Sequence record: NC_061441.1
Length of the DNA: 64,000 bases
Direction: 5' to 3' (one strand)
Part shown: positions 1-9,469 of the stretch, piece after piece
Position numbering within the stretch: position 1 is the stretch's first letter
Layout of the letters: every line of letters begins with the position of its first letter
The notes under the pieces: generated by a model
Databases searched by the model: none
What the model was told of the DNA's origin: nothing
Seen by the model: only the letters and a program-made list of their open reading frames with translations
Program-made: the position numbers and the translations under genes

Positions 1-2133
1 GCCGAGTACGTTGCTGGTCAGTTGAAAACGTTCGGCGTTAAGGTCGACCCGAAAACTATCTTCGGTGTGCGTGACGATAAAGACGGTAGCTGGATCGTTA
101 AGCCTAAGATCCGTTACTACGCACCAGACAACGGTGAGCGCTTCTTCGATTATATGTCGATGCTGCGTCGTCGTCTGCCTGACAAAATCGTTGAGAAAGA
201 CGGCACCGCGTATTACATCTTTGAGAACAACAAAGAGAACGCGAAGAAGCTGGCAGGCAAGTACGATAAGAAATGGTTCAGCCGTAACAACCAGTTCAAA
301 GTACCTGCGCCAGACGGCCACATGCAGGCGATGGTTATCGTTGACTCCTATCCTGCGATGATGCCAGATCAGGTCGATGACGATGACGGCTCGAAAGCAA
401 TGGCGCTGCAAGCGCGTATGTTCTCTGACGGCATCAAACGTTTCCGTGGCGGTATGCGTCGTAAGATGATGACTATCGTTGGCGTTAACCAGTTGCGTCA
501 GAAGCCAGCAGTAATGTTCGGCAGCCCGGAGTATGAGCCTGGTGGTGATGCGTTGAAGTTCTATTGCTTCGACCGTGACACTCTGATTCGTACTGACCAC
601 GGCGTATTGACTGCACCGCAGATTAAAGCGCTGATGGACGAAGGCAAAGAAGTTGCCGTTGAGTCGTTCGATGGTTATCAGAAAATCAACGGCGCATGGC
701 TTGTCAATGACGCTCCGTTCCCGTTCGAACTGAATGCTGGTGGTCATGTGTATGTTGGCTCGGCCGAACATCGCCAGTTCACGTTCATGCACGATCTGAC
801 TGCCGAAGGTACTCCAGTTCTGCGTCCTGAATGGAACACGCTGAATCAACTGGCGCAGTACCCAGAGCAGAAAGGTCAGTACGCTGGTCTGCGTGTACCA
901 CCAGTTAAGGAACTGAAAGAGAATGTTCCTGACGCCTTCGATGAAGCCTCACAACTGGTAAGCAATCTGCTTGGAAACTGCGACCCTGTTAGCAAGCAAC
1001 TGCCGCTGGTGACTCACGGTGATACCACCTACGCTGCAAACTGTCTGTTCATCGACACTGTGGGCGAAGACACCGACACTGGTTCGTTCTCGTTCTGGGT
1101 AGAGAAGTTACTGGCCATCGGCGTATTTGCTTACGCTGACGAAAGCGGTATCTGGATTCCAGGTCTGAACAAACACGAACTGGAAGCGGCTGTAGCGCAG
1201 GACGAACTCGGTGCGTTTGCTGGTATCAGTTTTGAAGCGACCTGTCGTCAACGTCAGACTCAAATGCTGACCGTGATTGTCGATCACTTCCCTGAGCTGG
1301 TACGTTACGTTCTCGACTATCAGTTGCAGACGGGCGAAGACAAAATCTACCTGGCGCCTGAGAACGACTTCGCACAAGCGCTTGACCTGATTCTGCACAA
1401 AGAGATCGCTGGTTACGACGACTACTATGACCTGCTGATGTTCCAGCTGGCGTATGTCGATGACTGGTACAACTTCGATTCCTCAATTCTGCCTGTGCCG
1501 TTTACGCTTCGTGCGCTCAACGAACAGCGTGAGTTCTGGGACGTGAACGTTGAAGAAACGTCGGTAGTAATCACCAACGGCTTCGTCAGTCACAACAGCG
1601 ACGTGCGTGTGCGACTGGCTTCTCGTGCGGTACCAGAAGGCTGGCCGAAACTGAAAGATGCTCCTGGCATCGTCGGTGAGAAGTCGGTAACAGTTGAAGG
1701 AGGTACTGACCGCTATCGCTTCATCGCTGCTAAGACCATCAAGAACAAGATGGGCGGCATCCCTAACCAGCAGACGTGGTTACGTTTGTGGGAAGCTGAC
1801 GGTAACGGTGAAGCTCGCGGTTTCGACCCAGTGTTCGATACGTGGCACTACCTGAAAACTCTGGGTCTGGTCAATGGTAGCCGTAAGTCGTTCAAGCTGA
1901 AAGCTCCGTGCCCGCTCGCATCTGATGTTAAGATGGATTGGGATGACTTCCGTACACTCATCAACGGCAGCAAAGAACAAGTTGTTGGCGTGTGTAAGAA
2001 ACTGAAAGTCAAACCTGCGGGCCTGCGTCTGTGGTGCTTCAAGTTCGTTCAGTCCACTAAGGGCAACGAAATGTTGAAGAACGCAATCAGTAAGTCTGCC
2101 AAGAAGTCTGATGACGACGACGGCGACGAGTAA
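1..2133 (+). CDS. recA: RecA/UvsX-like recombinase, intein-containing, 5'-truncated by window edge
   Basis: Frame open from base 1. Walker B (MVIVDS), ALQARMFS, VNQLRQKPAVMFGSPEYEPGGDALKFY|SDVRVRL match the RecA core (GLQARLMS...[32 protein letters not shown]). Acidic C-terminal tail. Confidence 0.95.
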   Translation, partial: AEYVAGQLKTFGVKVDPKTIFGVRDDKDGSWIVKPKIRYYAPDNGERFFDYMSMLRRRLPDKIVEKDGTAYYIFENNKENAKKLAGKYDKKWFSRNNQFKVPAPDGHMQAMVIVDSYPAMMPDQVDDDDGSKAMALQARMFSDGIKRFRGGMRRKMMTIVGVNQLRQKPAVMFGSPEYEPGGDALKFYCFDRDTLIRTDHGVLTAPQIKALMDEGKEVAVESFDGYQKINGAWLVNDAPFPFELNAGGHVYVGSAEHRQFTFMHDLTAEGTPVLRPEWNTLNQLAQYPEQKGQYAGLRVPPVKELKENVPDAFDEASQLVSNLLGNCDPVSKQLPLVTHGDTTYAANCLFIDTVGEDTDTGSFSFWVEKLLAIGVFAYADESGIWIPGLNKHELEAAVAQDELGAFAGISFEATCRQRQTQMLTVIVDHFPELVRYVLDYQLQTGEDKIYLAPENDFAQALDLILHKEIAGYDDYYDLLMFQLAYVDDWYNFDSSILPVPFTLRALNEQREFWDVNVEETSVVITNGFVSHNSDVRVRLASRAVPEGWPKLKDAPGIVGEKSVTVEGGTDRYRFIAAKTIKNKMGGIPNQQTWLRLWEADGNGEARGFDPVFDTWHYLKTLGLVNGSRKSFKLKAPCPLASDVKMDWDDFRTLINGSKEQVVGVCKKLKVKPAGLRLWCFKFVQSTKGNEMLKNAISKSAKKSDDDDGDE
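565..1596 (+). mobile_element. Intein (344 aa) inserted in RecA after GGDALKFY
   Basis: Block A CFDRDTLIRTDHG, block B SAEH, block F WDVNVEETSVVITNG, block G FVSHN followed by Ser+1. The flanks rejoin to give ALKFY-SDVRVRL. Confidence 0.93.
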
Positions 2134-2139
2134 TAAATA

Positions 2140-2165
2140 GGCGGGCTTCGGCTCGCCCTTTCTTT
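2140..2165 (+). terminator. Intrinsic terminator
   Basis: GGCGGGC-TTCG-GCTCGCC stem followed by CTTTCTTT just after the recA stop. Confidence 0.8.
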
Positions 2166-2175
2166 GGAGAAAGAA

Positions 2176-2604
2176 ATGCGCACTCAAATCTATACGGCTG
2201 ATATCGTCAATCTGGAAACAGTGGTCGTTGACGAAGAAGGTCAAGAGACACGCAGTCCGACAATCGTTCCTAATCTCGAAGGCGAACGTGATCTGACTGT
2301 TAGCACTCTCGGTACTATCATGGCTACCGTGACCGCTGAACCAAATCCTGACGCTCGCATGATCGTTCTGGTGTCACGCGCTCTGTTCCCTGCTTTCGCA
2401 GACCCTGAAGGTGACCTGTTCGATATCTTCGATCCGATCGAACGTGTTGCTGATGTTGTTGCTGGAAACGTCGGCAGCATTCTCGGTATGCAGGTAGTAA
2501 TCAACGATAAGTCCGACGACAACGTTCTGGCTATCGCTGATGTTCTTGATACCGAAGCTGGCGTTACTATTCGCACCTTCGGCGCTGCGCTCGTTCGCGC
2601 GTAA
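2176..2604 (+). CDS. Hypothetical protein
   Basis: ORF with GGAGA SD before ATG 2176; biased codon usage. Confidence 0.8.
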   Translation: MRTQIYTADIVNLETVVVDEEGQETRSPTIVPNLEGERDLTVSTLGTIMATVTAEPNPDARMIVLVSRALFPAFADPEGDLFDIFDPIERVADVVAGNVGSILGMQVVINDKSDDNVLAIADVLDTEAGVTIRTFGAALVRA

Positions 2605-2610
2605 GTAAAC

Positions 2611-2698
2611 TTGTGCGGGATAATGCTTTCCCGCACAATCCCTCTCTCGATAGGCAATACGCCACGAGAAAACAAACCACTCGATAGGCAATACGCCA
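2611..2698 (+). repeat. 10-bp inverted repeat plus 19-bp direct repeat
   Basis: TTGTGCGGGA/TCCCGCACAA (2611-2638); CTCGATAGGCAATACGCCA at 2646-2664 and 2680-2698. Confidence 0.9.
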
Positions 2699-2708
2699 GG
2701 AGTAATGT

Positions 2709-3410
2709 ATGAAAAAGATTCAACACGTAACACTTCCGACCGATGCACTCAACGGACTCATTCATGGCTATTACCACCATAGCAAAACCACTGATGAATT
2801 TTGCAGATCGTTGATCTATATTGACGTTACCGACCGCAGCGCCTCAGATGCGCTGTATGCTATATTGAAACGTGAGCCGACAAAAGGCATTGTCCCTATG
2901 GGATATGATTGCTTACGAGAAGCACGTGGGCACACTGCTCCAGCACAACTCGCAATCGTATTGTCCAACAACCTGTTGCATATAGATAATACGAAGATGG
3001 CTGGAGGCGTACAGGCCATCTTTAACGCTCTGGCCAGAACCACGCACACCAACGATACTCAAATAACTGTGTACGGCGAGCCTGGAGTAAGTAAGATTCT
3101 CAACATAATGCGCGACATTCAATATAAAGAATATATTAACGCGCCTGAATCCGACATTGTGCTTGGCGACTTTAACCTTGAGTCGAACATGACTATAGAC
3201 CATTTCGTTCACATGGCTATCGATCCTAAGTTCGAAGAAGCTATCCGCAATTCTCCTGCCACAGAATTTAAACTGGGCAGCAGTTTCATGTTCATGCACC
3301 CAGATGAATTGACTAAGGTTGTACGCATGGTCCGCCGTTGCAGTAAAATCTGCATCATGCACCCTGACATTCATCGCTATTACTTTGAGAACGTAATCTG
3401 TAAATACTAA
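2709..3410 (+). CDS. Hypothetical protein (paralog of 4560..5327)
   Basis: AGGAG SD; N- and C-terminal similarity to 4560..5327. Confidence 0.8.
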   Translation: MKKIQHVTLPTDALNGLIHGYYHHSKTTDEFCRSLIYIDVTDRSASDALYAILKREPTKGIVPMGYDCLREARGHTAPAQLAIVLSNNLLHIDNTKMAGGVQAIFNALARTTHTNDTQITVYGEPGVSKILNIMRDIQYKEYINAPESDIVLGDFNLESNMTIDHFVHMAIDPKFEEAIRNSPATEFKLGSSFMFMHPDELTKVVRMVRRCSKICIMHPDIHRYYFENVICKY

Positions 3411-3458
3411 TCACCAAACCGAACACATTGCTGTGTGTAGTCTAGCCCGACTTGGGCA

Positions 3459-3489
3459 GGGGAGAGCCGGATGGCCTCCCCATTTTTTT
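3459..3489 (+). terminator. Terminator-like hairpin upstream of the AcrVA2-like gene
   Basis: GGGGAG-A-GCC-GGAT-GGC-CTCCCC followed by ATTTTTTT. Confidence 0.65.
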
Positions 3490-3512
3490 ATCTACACACT
3501 GCGGAGAACAGT

Positions 3513-4514
3513 ATGTCTAAAACGAAGTCAACTCCACAGACCTTCCTCGACCTATTCTTAAAGGATGTTAAGCTCTTTCTGCCAAGGTTCGACAAAGGAC
3601 TGGACGCGTACTTATTGAAGTGCAAAGGCAAGCCGGGTCCTTATGGCGTATCGCTTCATCAATACATGAAGTGGCTAAATCCTGTAGCGCGACTTCCTGC
3701 CAACGCAAGCGAAGTGTCTATCATCACATCAGGCTACCTGCATTACTTTTGGCAACTCGCTAAACCTAACTTTGTGTTGGAGCCTGTGCTTGTCAATCAT
3801 TTGGTTGAGTCTGTGTTGCCTGACGAACTCCCGGCTGAGATTCTTCAACGTCTGCCTTACTGGAGTCAGTGGATTACGTTGCCTCTGCATCTGGTAAGCA
3901 AAGACAATATTCTGGATCTGGACTTCGATGGTGCTTTCGTTGGGTATACATCAATCGACAACAGACCTGCGCTTGTCCTTGCGGCACCGTTTGTTTCCAA
4001 CAATCAAAACATGCGCTCGAACGACTTCACACCGTTCGTTACATCGCATGTATTTCTTGATGCTCCTGTACGTCCAGAGTTTTTGGTAAGGAACAGCCAC
4101 ATACTCAACGTTGATGCAGACGCAATGAGCAAAGAAGCATACACCGTATTGATAATGAACATTCACCACTTCCTGGTGAAAGTGATCAACTGTGTCATGT
4201 ATATCTGCTCGCAACAGGAAGCACTGTATCAGGAAGGTCATTCTCAACCTAAGCCGCAGCGTCTAGGTAAGAGCTATCGCATCACGCCACCGAAAGATGA
4301 TCGCATGATCACGGTGGGCGCCGAGATGACCAAGATACTCAAAGACTTCGAAGCAGAAGTCGAATCGTGTGCTCGCGCTTTCAATGGGCGTAAGCCGCAT
4401 ATACGAAAAGCGCACTACCACCACTTCTGGACAGGACCGAAAGTAGGAGTTCGTACCCTTGTCTGTAAGTGGTTGCCACCAAGTATTGTTCGCGGCACCA
4501 TCGTAGAGCAATAA
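3513..4514 (+). CDS. AcrVA2/FinQ-family protein
   Basis: GGAGA SD before ATG 3513. C-terminal RKPHIRKAHYHHFWTG...KWLPP matches the AcrVA2 motif as I recall it (KRPHIRRGHWHGYWQG...RWQP). LPDELPAEILQRLPYW matches LPDDTPTSIFLNLPDW; MYICSQ matches LWLCVA. Confidence 0.75.
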   Translation: MSKTKSTPQTFLDLFLKDVKLFLPRFDKGLDAYLLKCKGKPGPYGVSLHQYMKWLNPVARLPANASEVSIITSGYLHYFWQLAKPNFVLEPVLVNHLVESVLPDELPAEILQRLPYWSQWITLPLHLVSKDNILDLDFDGAFVGYTSIDNRPALVLAAPFVSNNQNMRSNDFTPFVTSHVFLDAPVRPEFLVRNSHILNVDADAMSKEAYTVLIMNIHHFLVKVINCVMYICSQQEALYQEGHSQPKPQRLGKSYRITPPKDDRMITVGAEMTKILKDFEAEVESCARAFNGRKPHIRKAHYHHFWTGPKVGVRTLVCKWLPPSIVRGTIVEQ

Positions 4515-4559
4515 CTTTTATCTCAACTCCACGTATGGGCGTTATGCCCGGAGGCTATT

Positions 4560-5327
4560 ATGAAATCTCGTGTACAACATGCGTATATTCCTGATATGGA
4601 ATCGTTTGACCCTTACGTCCGCTCTCTGTGCCATATGGCGCGAGCACTGGACACACCGAACTCTAACTACGGTAAGTTGAAACGTGTCGTGATCATCGGT
4701 ACGTCGAAGCGTGTGGTTGAGGCATACGTTAAGCAGTTACTCAACACAAACACGCTGCCGCACACTCTCATTTGTTTTGGCGTAGACGAACCGCCTATCA
4801 GTCACCGTGATTATACCTACGCTGGCGCCCACGTTGTGCTGATGCACGATCTGACCTACGTTGATAGCGGCACAATGGACAAGGTCGCCACGCGTGTGAT
4901 TGAAATCATCGACAGCCTCAAACAGAAGCCTGGCGAAACAGAACTTAAAAATTCCGAGCTGTCTATGGTGTATTCGAATCCTCTGCTGTGGCGATCCATT
5001 ATCGACTACGGTGCTTCCGTTTCTCTGCGCATGAATGGTAGCAATATTGAATACCGTAGCGGTCTGGTGTCGTCTATTGGCTTCGATGCGTTGTTACGTT
5101 GTGAAAGCAATGCAGACTACCATGAACTTCGCGCTGATAAGATTACGATCGGTCTGGAGTTCTTCTGCGTACACACGGACTACCTGCTGTCAAAAGTACA
5201 CAACCTGCTGTGGTCGCTCGCTTGTGACGACTGCAAATTCAAAAAGACGCACCGTATTATCTTCCATGAAGACTTCCGACGCTTATTCTTCGAAGAATAT
5301 CTCTTGAGGGACTTCCAGGGCTTTTAA
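4560..5327 (+). CDS. Hypothetical protein (paralog of 2709..3410)
   Basis: GGAGG SD; ends RIIFHEDFRRLFFEEYL versus ICIMHPDIHRYYFENVI. Confidence 0.8.
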   Translation: MKSRVQHAYIPDMESFDPYVRSLCHMARALDTPNSNYGKLKRVVIIGTSKRVVEAYVKQLLNTNTLPHTLICFGVDEPPISHRDYTYAGAHVVLMHDLTYVDSGTMDKVATRVIEIIDSLKQKPGETELKNSELSMVYSNPLLWRSIIDYGASVSLRMNGSNIEYRSGLVSSIGFDALLRCESNADYHELRADKITIGLEFFCVHTDYLLSKVHNLLWSLACDDCKFKKTHRIIFHEDFRRLFFEEYLLRDFQGF

Positions 5328-5667
5328 GATTATTCTTAGCCTGCTCTCTAATTTCAATATGTTGGCAAGTAGTGCTGACATATCGTTATTGGAGAATAAC
5401 ATGTGCGAACGTAGCCATTTGCGGTTGAAGTACCTCGCACGGTCATCTGGCTGGTGCAATAATAAAGTAAACGCTTGTAGTGAGCGGAAGGCGAAGAATG
5501 TACAATGCGAAGAATTTTTGGCTGCGACCAAAGATTGCCGCAGCGAACAGAAGTCGTCCAGTGTTGTTTCATTCTTCAAAGGTCATGAGCTGGTTGGTCA
5601 GGCTATATGGCATGAGATAGAGGGGGACAGCACACTTCAATTCCGGTTGCTACTTGCTTAACGACAG

Positions 5668-5708
5668 AGGGCCTTTCAGAGTAATATCTGGTGGGCCCTT
5701 TCTTCTTT
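5668..5708 (+). terminator. Intrinsic terminator
   Basis: AGGGCC...CAGA/TCTG...GGCCCT followed by TTCTTCTTT. Confidence 0.6.
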
Positions 5709-5759
5709 CTATGCTAATTTTTAACGTCATTACACACCAACCGACTTCGGGGTATCACT

Positions 5760-7448
5760 ATGTCTTTGATTAAGATCGAAGGCGTCCAATCATTATCTGC
5801 GCCTACCAAAGCCCAGAAAGACGCCGCAATTTATATGTTTGGTTCTAAGGGCCATTCAATCGTCGCCGTACTCGACAAGTTCAGTCGTGTAAAAGAACTG
5901 CGTACTGCCCACATTGACGGTCTGCTCAAGCTGATGAAAGAAGGTGAAGATGACGAGATCGTCAAGTTCACTGCATCGGCTGCTGGTAAGAAATCTCTGG
6001 CTGCGGCCAAGCAATTCGCTACAGCCAAAACTCTGGCTATGTCCATCAAAGCGCTGAAACTGATTCGCGTTCCGATGAAGTGGATCGCTGGTCACTCTGA
6101 TGCAGCAGCGGCCCGTATCACCGAGACGAAAGAAATTCGCGCTCGTAAGACTGCTGGCAACAAGCCAGAGAAGCCAATCAAACTCGATAATCCTCATGCG
6201 CCAGAAGCGACAACGGCCGAACAGACCAAGCAGAACTCTGCCTTGAGCAAAATCTACAAGCTGCCTAAAAACGGCAATGGTTATGACAATAAACTGTCTC
6301 CGCAGTGGAACGCCCTGATTAAAACAATCAACACTACCTTCAAAGGGATGTTCGCTGCCAAGTGGATCAAAGCCGAAGGTGCTATTCGCATCACGCCTAA
6401 AGGTCCTGGGTATCGCTCAATCCCTGAAGCCTTCTTGGGTGCTATCCCTGAAGACAATAGCTGGCAGATGTATACCGTGTCACCGCGCGGGCAGGTTGAA
6501 GGCTACGCTATCGGCAATCAACTGACTATGGCTTCTGTTGCTATATTCATGCGTGACTTCATGGCGACCAAGAAGACTCCTGATGTTGCAGCCATCAATA
6601 AGATGGTTGCTGGCGCTACTGCGTTCAACACAGAAGTCCTGCACACCGAAGAGAACAGCCCAGAACTGAAAGAACTGGGTGATGCTCAACGCAAGCTGGA
6701 CGCAGAAGGTGTAGCAAAAGGCGCCATCAACTCTGTTACCAAGATCACTTCGGCTAACGTGTCTAAGATTACACGTGGAGCGCAGATTAAGATCGAAGAA
6801 CAGTTGAACAGCAAGCTGGGGAATGTTCTGTATAACGCAAACTTCCGTGAGAAAGGCACCTACCCAGCGCTCGATGGTTACCTGTTTGAAATGACTCAGG
6901 CGACTAAGCATAGCGGTTCGGGCAACAAGTACGCAGCGTTCGCACTGATTCCTCCTCAGAAAGGTACTCAACTTGCAGGTCAGACTTGGCGTGTAGCGGC
7001 ATTTAACATGGGCCGCCAGACTGCCACTGACCTGATTGATATCGGTGCTAAGTTCTCTCTGGCGAAAGTGAAGTCTGCTATCAAACAGATTGACGGCGTT
7101 TCTTCTGCAAAGTACACACCGTCAGGTAAGTCGCCTGACTCTTTGGTGGATGAAATCGCAGAAACCCCTGCTCGTAAAATCGCAGCAATGCCTTTACAGG
7201 GACGCGAAGAATACTTCAACGCCCTGAACGCTGTCATTCAGCGTAACATGCCTCACGCAAACGTGATTGTGTCTTCTGATGGCCTGACGATAACAAAAGG
7301 CAGTAAGATGCACACCGTGAGCCTGACTGATAAAGGCTGGTTCATTAAGACTGGCGCCACAGGCAAACCAAAACGTATCGGCGTAACGTTCGATATTGTT
7401 GACCTGCTCGGCATGATCGACAAGAGCATTCTCAAACCTAAAGCGTAA
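5760..7448 (+). CDS. Lys/Ala-rich hypothetical protein, possibly virion-associated
   Basis: 562-aa ORF, strong high-expression codon bias, bracketed by terminators. Confidence 0.85.
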   Translation: MSLIKIEGVQSLSAPTKAQKDAAIYMFGSKGHSIVAVLDKFSRVKELRTAHIDGLLKLMKEGEDDEIVKFTASAAGKKSLAAAKQFATAKTLAMSIKALKLIRVPMKWIAGHSDAAAARITETKEIRARKTAGNKPEKPIKLDNPHAPEATTAEQTKQNSALSKIYKLPKNGNGYDNKLSPQWNALIKTINTTFKGMFAAKWIKAEGAIRITPKGPGYRSIPEAFLGAIPEDNSWQMYTVSPRGQVEGYAIGNQLTMASVAIFMRDFMATKKTPDVAAINKMVAGATAFNTEVLHTEENSPELKELGDAQRKLDAEGVAKGAINSVTKITSANVSKITRGAQIKIEEQLNSKLGNVLYNANFREKGTYPALDGYLFEMTQATKHSGSGNKYAAFALIPPQKGTQLAGQTWRVAAFNMGRQTATDLIDIGAKFSLAKVKSAIKQIDGVSSAKYTPSGKSPDSLVDEIAETPARKIAAMPLQGREEYFNALNAVIQRNMPHANVIVSSDGLTITKGSKMHTVSLTDKGWFIKTGATGKPKRIGVTFDIVDLLGMIDKSILKPKA

Positions 7449-7450
7449 TC

Positions 7451-7479
7451 AAAAGGGGTGGCTTCGGCTGCCCCTTTTT
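7451..7479 (+). terminator. Intrinsic terminator
   Basis: AAAAGGGGTGGC-TTCG-GCTGCCCCTTTTT. Confidence 0.9.
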
Positions 7480-7505
7480 GCGTCTATATGCGCCACAAAT
7501 CTGAT

Positions 7506-7565
7506 GAACTCTGCACATAATAGGATGAAATCGCCATGTACGCGCCCGTGCGCCCGTGATACAAT
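7506..7565 (+). promoter_or_regulatory. Promoter cassette copy 1
   Basis: GAACTCTGCACATAATAGGATGAAAT; TG-A-TACAAT at 7557-7565; GG 37 nt before the -10. Confidence 0.8.
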
Positions 7566-7618
7566 ACACGTAGACGCTACATGTCGTAGCGCATACAACT
7601 ACTGCCGAGGGGCACACA

Positions 7619-7993
7619 ATGACTGCTATCAAATTTGATTCTGTTTACGACATTCTTACCGAGATGGACGAATGCGCCAGAGATGTTGACTTCACCAAGA
7701 CTCTTGGCTTCGACCCAATCAAAGTAGAAATTCTGCAATGCGGTCTGCAAGAAGATCTCGGCGTGTACGCGTGTTTGCCGAACGCCACAAACATTCTGAT
7801 TGCCGATTCGACTGACCTGTTCTCTGAGCACCTTAAAGGTGACGGCGAAATCACAGTCTGCCGAATCTTAACGCCTAACGGCGAGATGTTCGATGAGCCA
7901 GAAGTCGAAGTCAAACAGCTTGGCACGTTCAATGATTTTGATTCAGCTTATGCTGCATGGTTAGCGGCGATTAACGAAGAAATCGACAAATAA
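7619..7993 (+). CDS. Acidic hypothetical protein
   Basis: GAGGGG SD; downstream of cassette 1. Confidence 0.8.
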   Translation: MTAIKFDSVYDILTEMDECARDVDFTKTLGFDPIKVEILQCGLQEDLGVYACLPNATNILIADSTDLFSEHLKGDGEITVCRILTPNGEMFDEPEVEVKQLGTFNDFDSAYAAWLAAINEEIDK

Positions 7994-8038
7994 TAGGTCA
8001 AAAGCGCTGTAGCAATGCAGCGCTATTTATCGTACTAT
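7991..8038 (+). promoter_or_regulatory. Promoter cassette copy 2
   Basis: AAATAATAGGTCAAAA; TACTAT at 8033, GG 37 nt upstream. Confidence 0.65.
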
Positions 8039-8090
8039 GTAATCTCTGGCGCAATGATGCGCACATACAACACTTGCCGAGGGGCACACA

Positions 8091-8792
8091 ATGAAAGCAG
8101 CAAACTTTGACGTAGCATTTAACGCGAAAGACGAAGCAACCTTAAACGCATACGCAGCGAAAATTCTCGAAGCGCTTAACGCTCTGGGGCGTTATGACCT
8201 GAAGATCAATATCATCTTCGGCACTGACCCGTTCGGCGAACGCCCTGATTTTGTGAATGACCCGAACGGTTTTCGCGTTACACAGAACGGCGAAGAAATT
8301 TTTGATATCTACACGCCGACAGAAAAACAGATTGAAGGCGATGCGTCAGATGCTTTCATCTACGCTTCATGGGCCGACGGCGAAGCGCCGTGGGGTAAAG
8401 ACGTGTCAGACAATGACATTGCAGAAATCGCCGAACACCTGAACGCTGCAATCCCGCGTGTCGGCCGTGTGTTCAACGAATCTGATCGTCAGATGCTGCA
8501 AAAACTCGCCGACACTTTGAACGCTCGTATGGATCGTACCGATGCGCGAGTGATCGTAACGAACGGTGCCGAAGACGATCTGATTCTTATGGTAGTTGGC
8601 TATGACGCCGAAGAAGATGAAGTCAGTGATGAATACGGCTTCTTCTTGAGCCTGCCGTACACAGATGAAGACGGCACCGACGAGAAATACAGTCTGCACT
8701 ACGCTGGCTATCCCGGCGTGAACGACCACTCATATAGCTCTGCTGACCTCGACGAAATTTCAGAAGAAATCGAGTCACTCGACCTGCTCTAA
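8091..8792 (+). CDS. Acidic hypothetical protein
   Basis: Shares a 20-bp leader TGCCGAGGGGCACACAATGA with gene 7619. Confidence 0.85.
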   Translation: MKAANFDVAFNAKDEATLNAYAAKILEALNALGRYDLKINIIFGTDPFGERPDFVNDPNGFRVTQNGEEIFDIYTPTEKQIEGDASDAFIYASWADGEAPWGKDVSDNDIAEIAEHLNAAIPRVGRVFNESDRQMLQKLADTLNARMDRTDARVIVTNGAEDDLILMVVGYDAEEDEVSDEYGFFLSLPYTDEDGTDEKYSLHYAGYPGVNDHSYSSADLDEISEEIESLDLL

Positions 8793-8854
8793 TCACTAAC
8801 TAACTGCGGGGTTACGGCCCCGCTTACTTCACAATCTAATTGAGAGAACATGCC

Positions 8855-9469
8855 ATGAACCTTATCAATACTTTCTTCGTCAAACGCTCTTACGCTTCTC
8901 TGGCCGCAGGTAACTTTGCAATCGACGCCAAGCACGTACAAGAGCTGGTGGAATGTGAGTGTATGATCGTACACGTAGACACCGGCCACCGTAATGCGTT
9001 CGCATTAAAGAACATCTCTATCACGCCTATCGACGAACACAACGTTCGCATTACGTTCGACCCGCTGACCGACGCACACGCGATGCCTGTGACTGTCATG
9101 CCGAAAGATCTGAAAGGTAGCATTGAAGTCTACGGCATGTATGTAGAAGACCTGAAAGACGTGCCACGTTTCAGCGTGTCGAATGACGCATCAGGCAACA
9201 ATCCAAATCTGCTGTCACTTGATCTCGAAAGCCGCCAGCGCTTCGTTCAATACTTCGGTGGCATGTGTACGCTGACTGACCTGTGCCTGACGCTGCATGA
9301 GAAAGGCATTCACGTTGTCGATATCCACAACAACGTTAAGCAGCACGATCACGGCGTTGGCGTTTTCACTCAGCGTTATCGCACCGCATTCGAACTGAAC
9401 AAAGACAATGGCGTTAAGCGCCACAACGACGACTATCCTGTTTTGGCGCGCATGACCGTTTTAATGTAA
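8855..9469 (+). CDS. Hypothetical protein
   Basis: GAGAG SD; ORF. Confidence 0.8.
   Translation: MNLINTFFVKRSYASLAAGNFAIDAKHVQELVECECMIVHVDTGHRNAFALKNISITPIDEHNVRITFDPLTDAHAMPVTVMPKDLKGSIEVYGMYVEDLKDVPRFSVSNDASGNNPNLLSLDLESRQRFVQYFGGMCTLTDLCLTLHEKGIHVVDIHNNVKQHDHGVGVFTQRYRTAFELNKDNGVKRHNDDYPVLARMTVLM

Noticed and set aside
5283-5661. Small ORFs 5359..5661 (+), 5354..5572 (-), 5283..5579 (-)
   Set aside because: No convincing SD, atypical codon usage and mutually overlapping; none can be chosen from sequence alone.
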